From assembly GCA_002069975.1 (NCBI GenBank), contig MWCJ01000006.1, positions 6,153 through 70,152 of the forward strand: 64,000 bases of DNA, given 5' to 3'. The notes beneath the pieces are model-generated. The model saw only the letters and a list, made by a program, of their open reading frames with translations. It made no database searches and was not told the origin of the DNA. This document shows positions 63,784-64,000 of the stretch, piece by piece (position 1 is the first letter of the stretch; each line of letters starts with the position of its first letter). The DNA is from Bacteroidetes bacterium ADurb.Bin217. Its GTDB lineage: Bacteria > Bacteroidota > Bacteroidia > Bacteroidales > UBA1715. A program made the translations under genes and the position numbers.

Positions 63784-64000
63784 TTAAAATCTAAAATGTG
63801 AGAATGCTTTATTTGCTTCTGCCATTCTATGCGTGTCTTCTTTCTTTTTGTAAGCAGCACCTTCTTCGTTGAATGCGGCAAGAATTTCAGCAGCTAATCG
63901 CTCTTTCATAGAATGCCCCGAACGTTTCCGAGCAAATAATATTAAATTTTTCATTCCAATAGACTGACGTCTTCCGGGACGAATCTCTGACGGAATTTGG
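63784..64000 (-). CDS. rpsG: 30S ribosomal protein S7 (C-terminal part; the 5' end lies beyond the window)
   Basis: Not in the track because it is edge-truncated. The reverse-complement translation ends ...[19 protein letters not shown] with the stop at 63784-63786. Confidence 0.9.
   Translation of the reverse strand, partial: QIPSEIRPGRRQSIGMKNLILFARKRSGHSMKERLAAEILAAFNEEGAAYKKKEDTHRMAEANKAFSHFRF

Overview
AT-rich (about one-third GC by eye, not computed) chromosomal window from a Bacteroidota bacterium. The taxon call rests on the gliding/type IX secretion (T9SS) core operon porP-gldK-gldL-gldM-gldN, several proteins with T9SS C-terminal sorting domains (CTDs), a SusD-family lipoprotein, TAnnTTTG-type promoter boxes and absent Shine-Dalgarno sequences. 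Layout: (i) 1-14.7 kb is an accessory surface-protein locus. It holds a propeller-sensor/PP2C phosphatase (partial), a 1496-aa type-B-CTD adhesin, a divergent 1533-aa beta-helix-like type-A-CTD protein and a GH5-like glycanase. (ii) 15-25 kb holds guaA, pheS, a lipoprotein cyclophilin, a guanine-deaminase-like gene, an orphan SusD-like gene plus lipoprotein, a T9SS-sorted HExxH protease and manC. (iii) 25-35 kb holds gldN-M-L-K-porP, an arginase-fold protein and topA. (iv) 35-47.8 kb holds PBP1A, a tRNA methyltransferase, a umuD-umuC-SRAP cassette, sufE/sufT, two sugar-nucleotide enzymes, a transporter, a mini CTD-only protein, purC, a lipoprotein and eno. (v) 47.9-64 kb is an uninterrupted minus-strand ribosomal supercluster from rpsG (partial) and fusA through the S10, spc and alpha genes to rplQ. 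I added rpmJ and both edge-truncated genes, which the ORF track omits, and trimmed several over-extended starts. I saw no CRISPR array, tRNA/rRNA gene, transposase, integrase or recognisable defence system. I cannot point to a clear-cut novel multi-gene system. The best candidates for follow-up are the adhesin/sensor-phosphatase pairing and its structured, motif-rich control region (1-7.7 kb), the structured 516-bp gap at 14.7-15.2 kb, the CTD-only mini-protein, the orphan SusD and the arginase-fold protein coupled to topA. All calls come from reading translations and motifs by eye; no database search was run.
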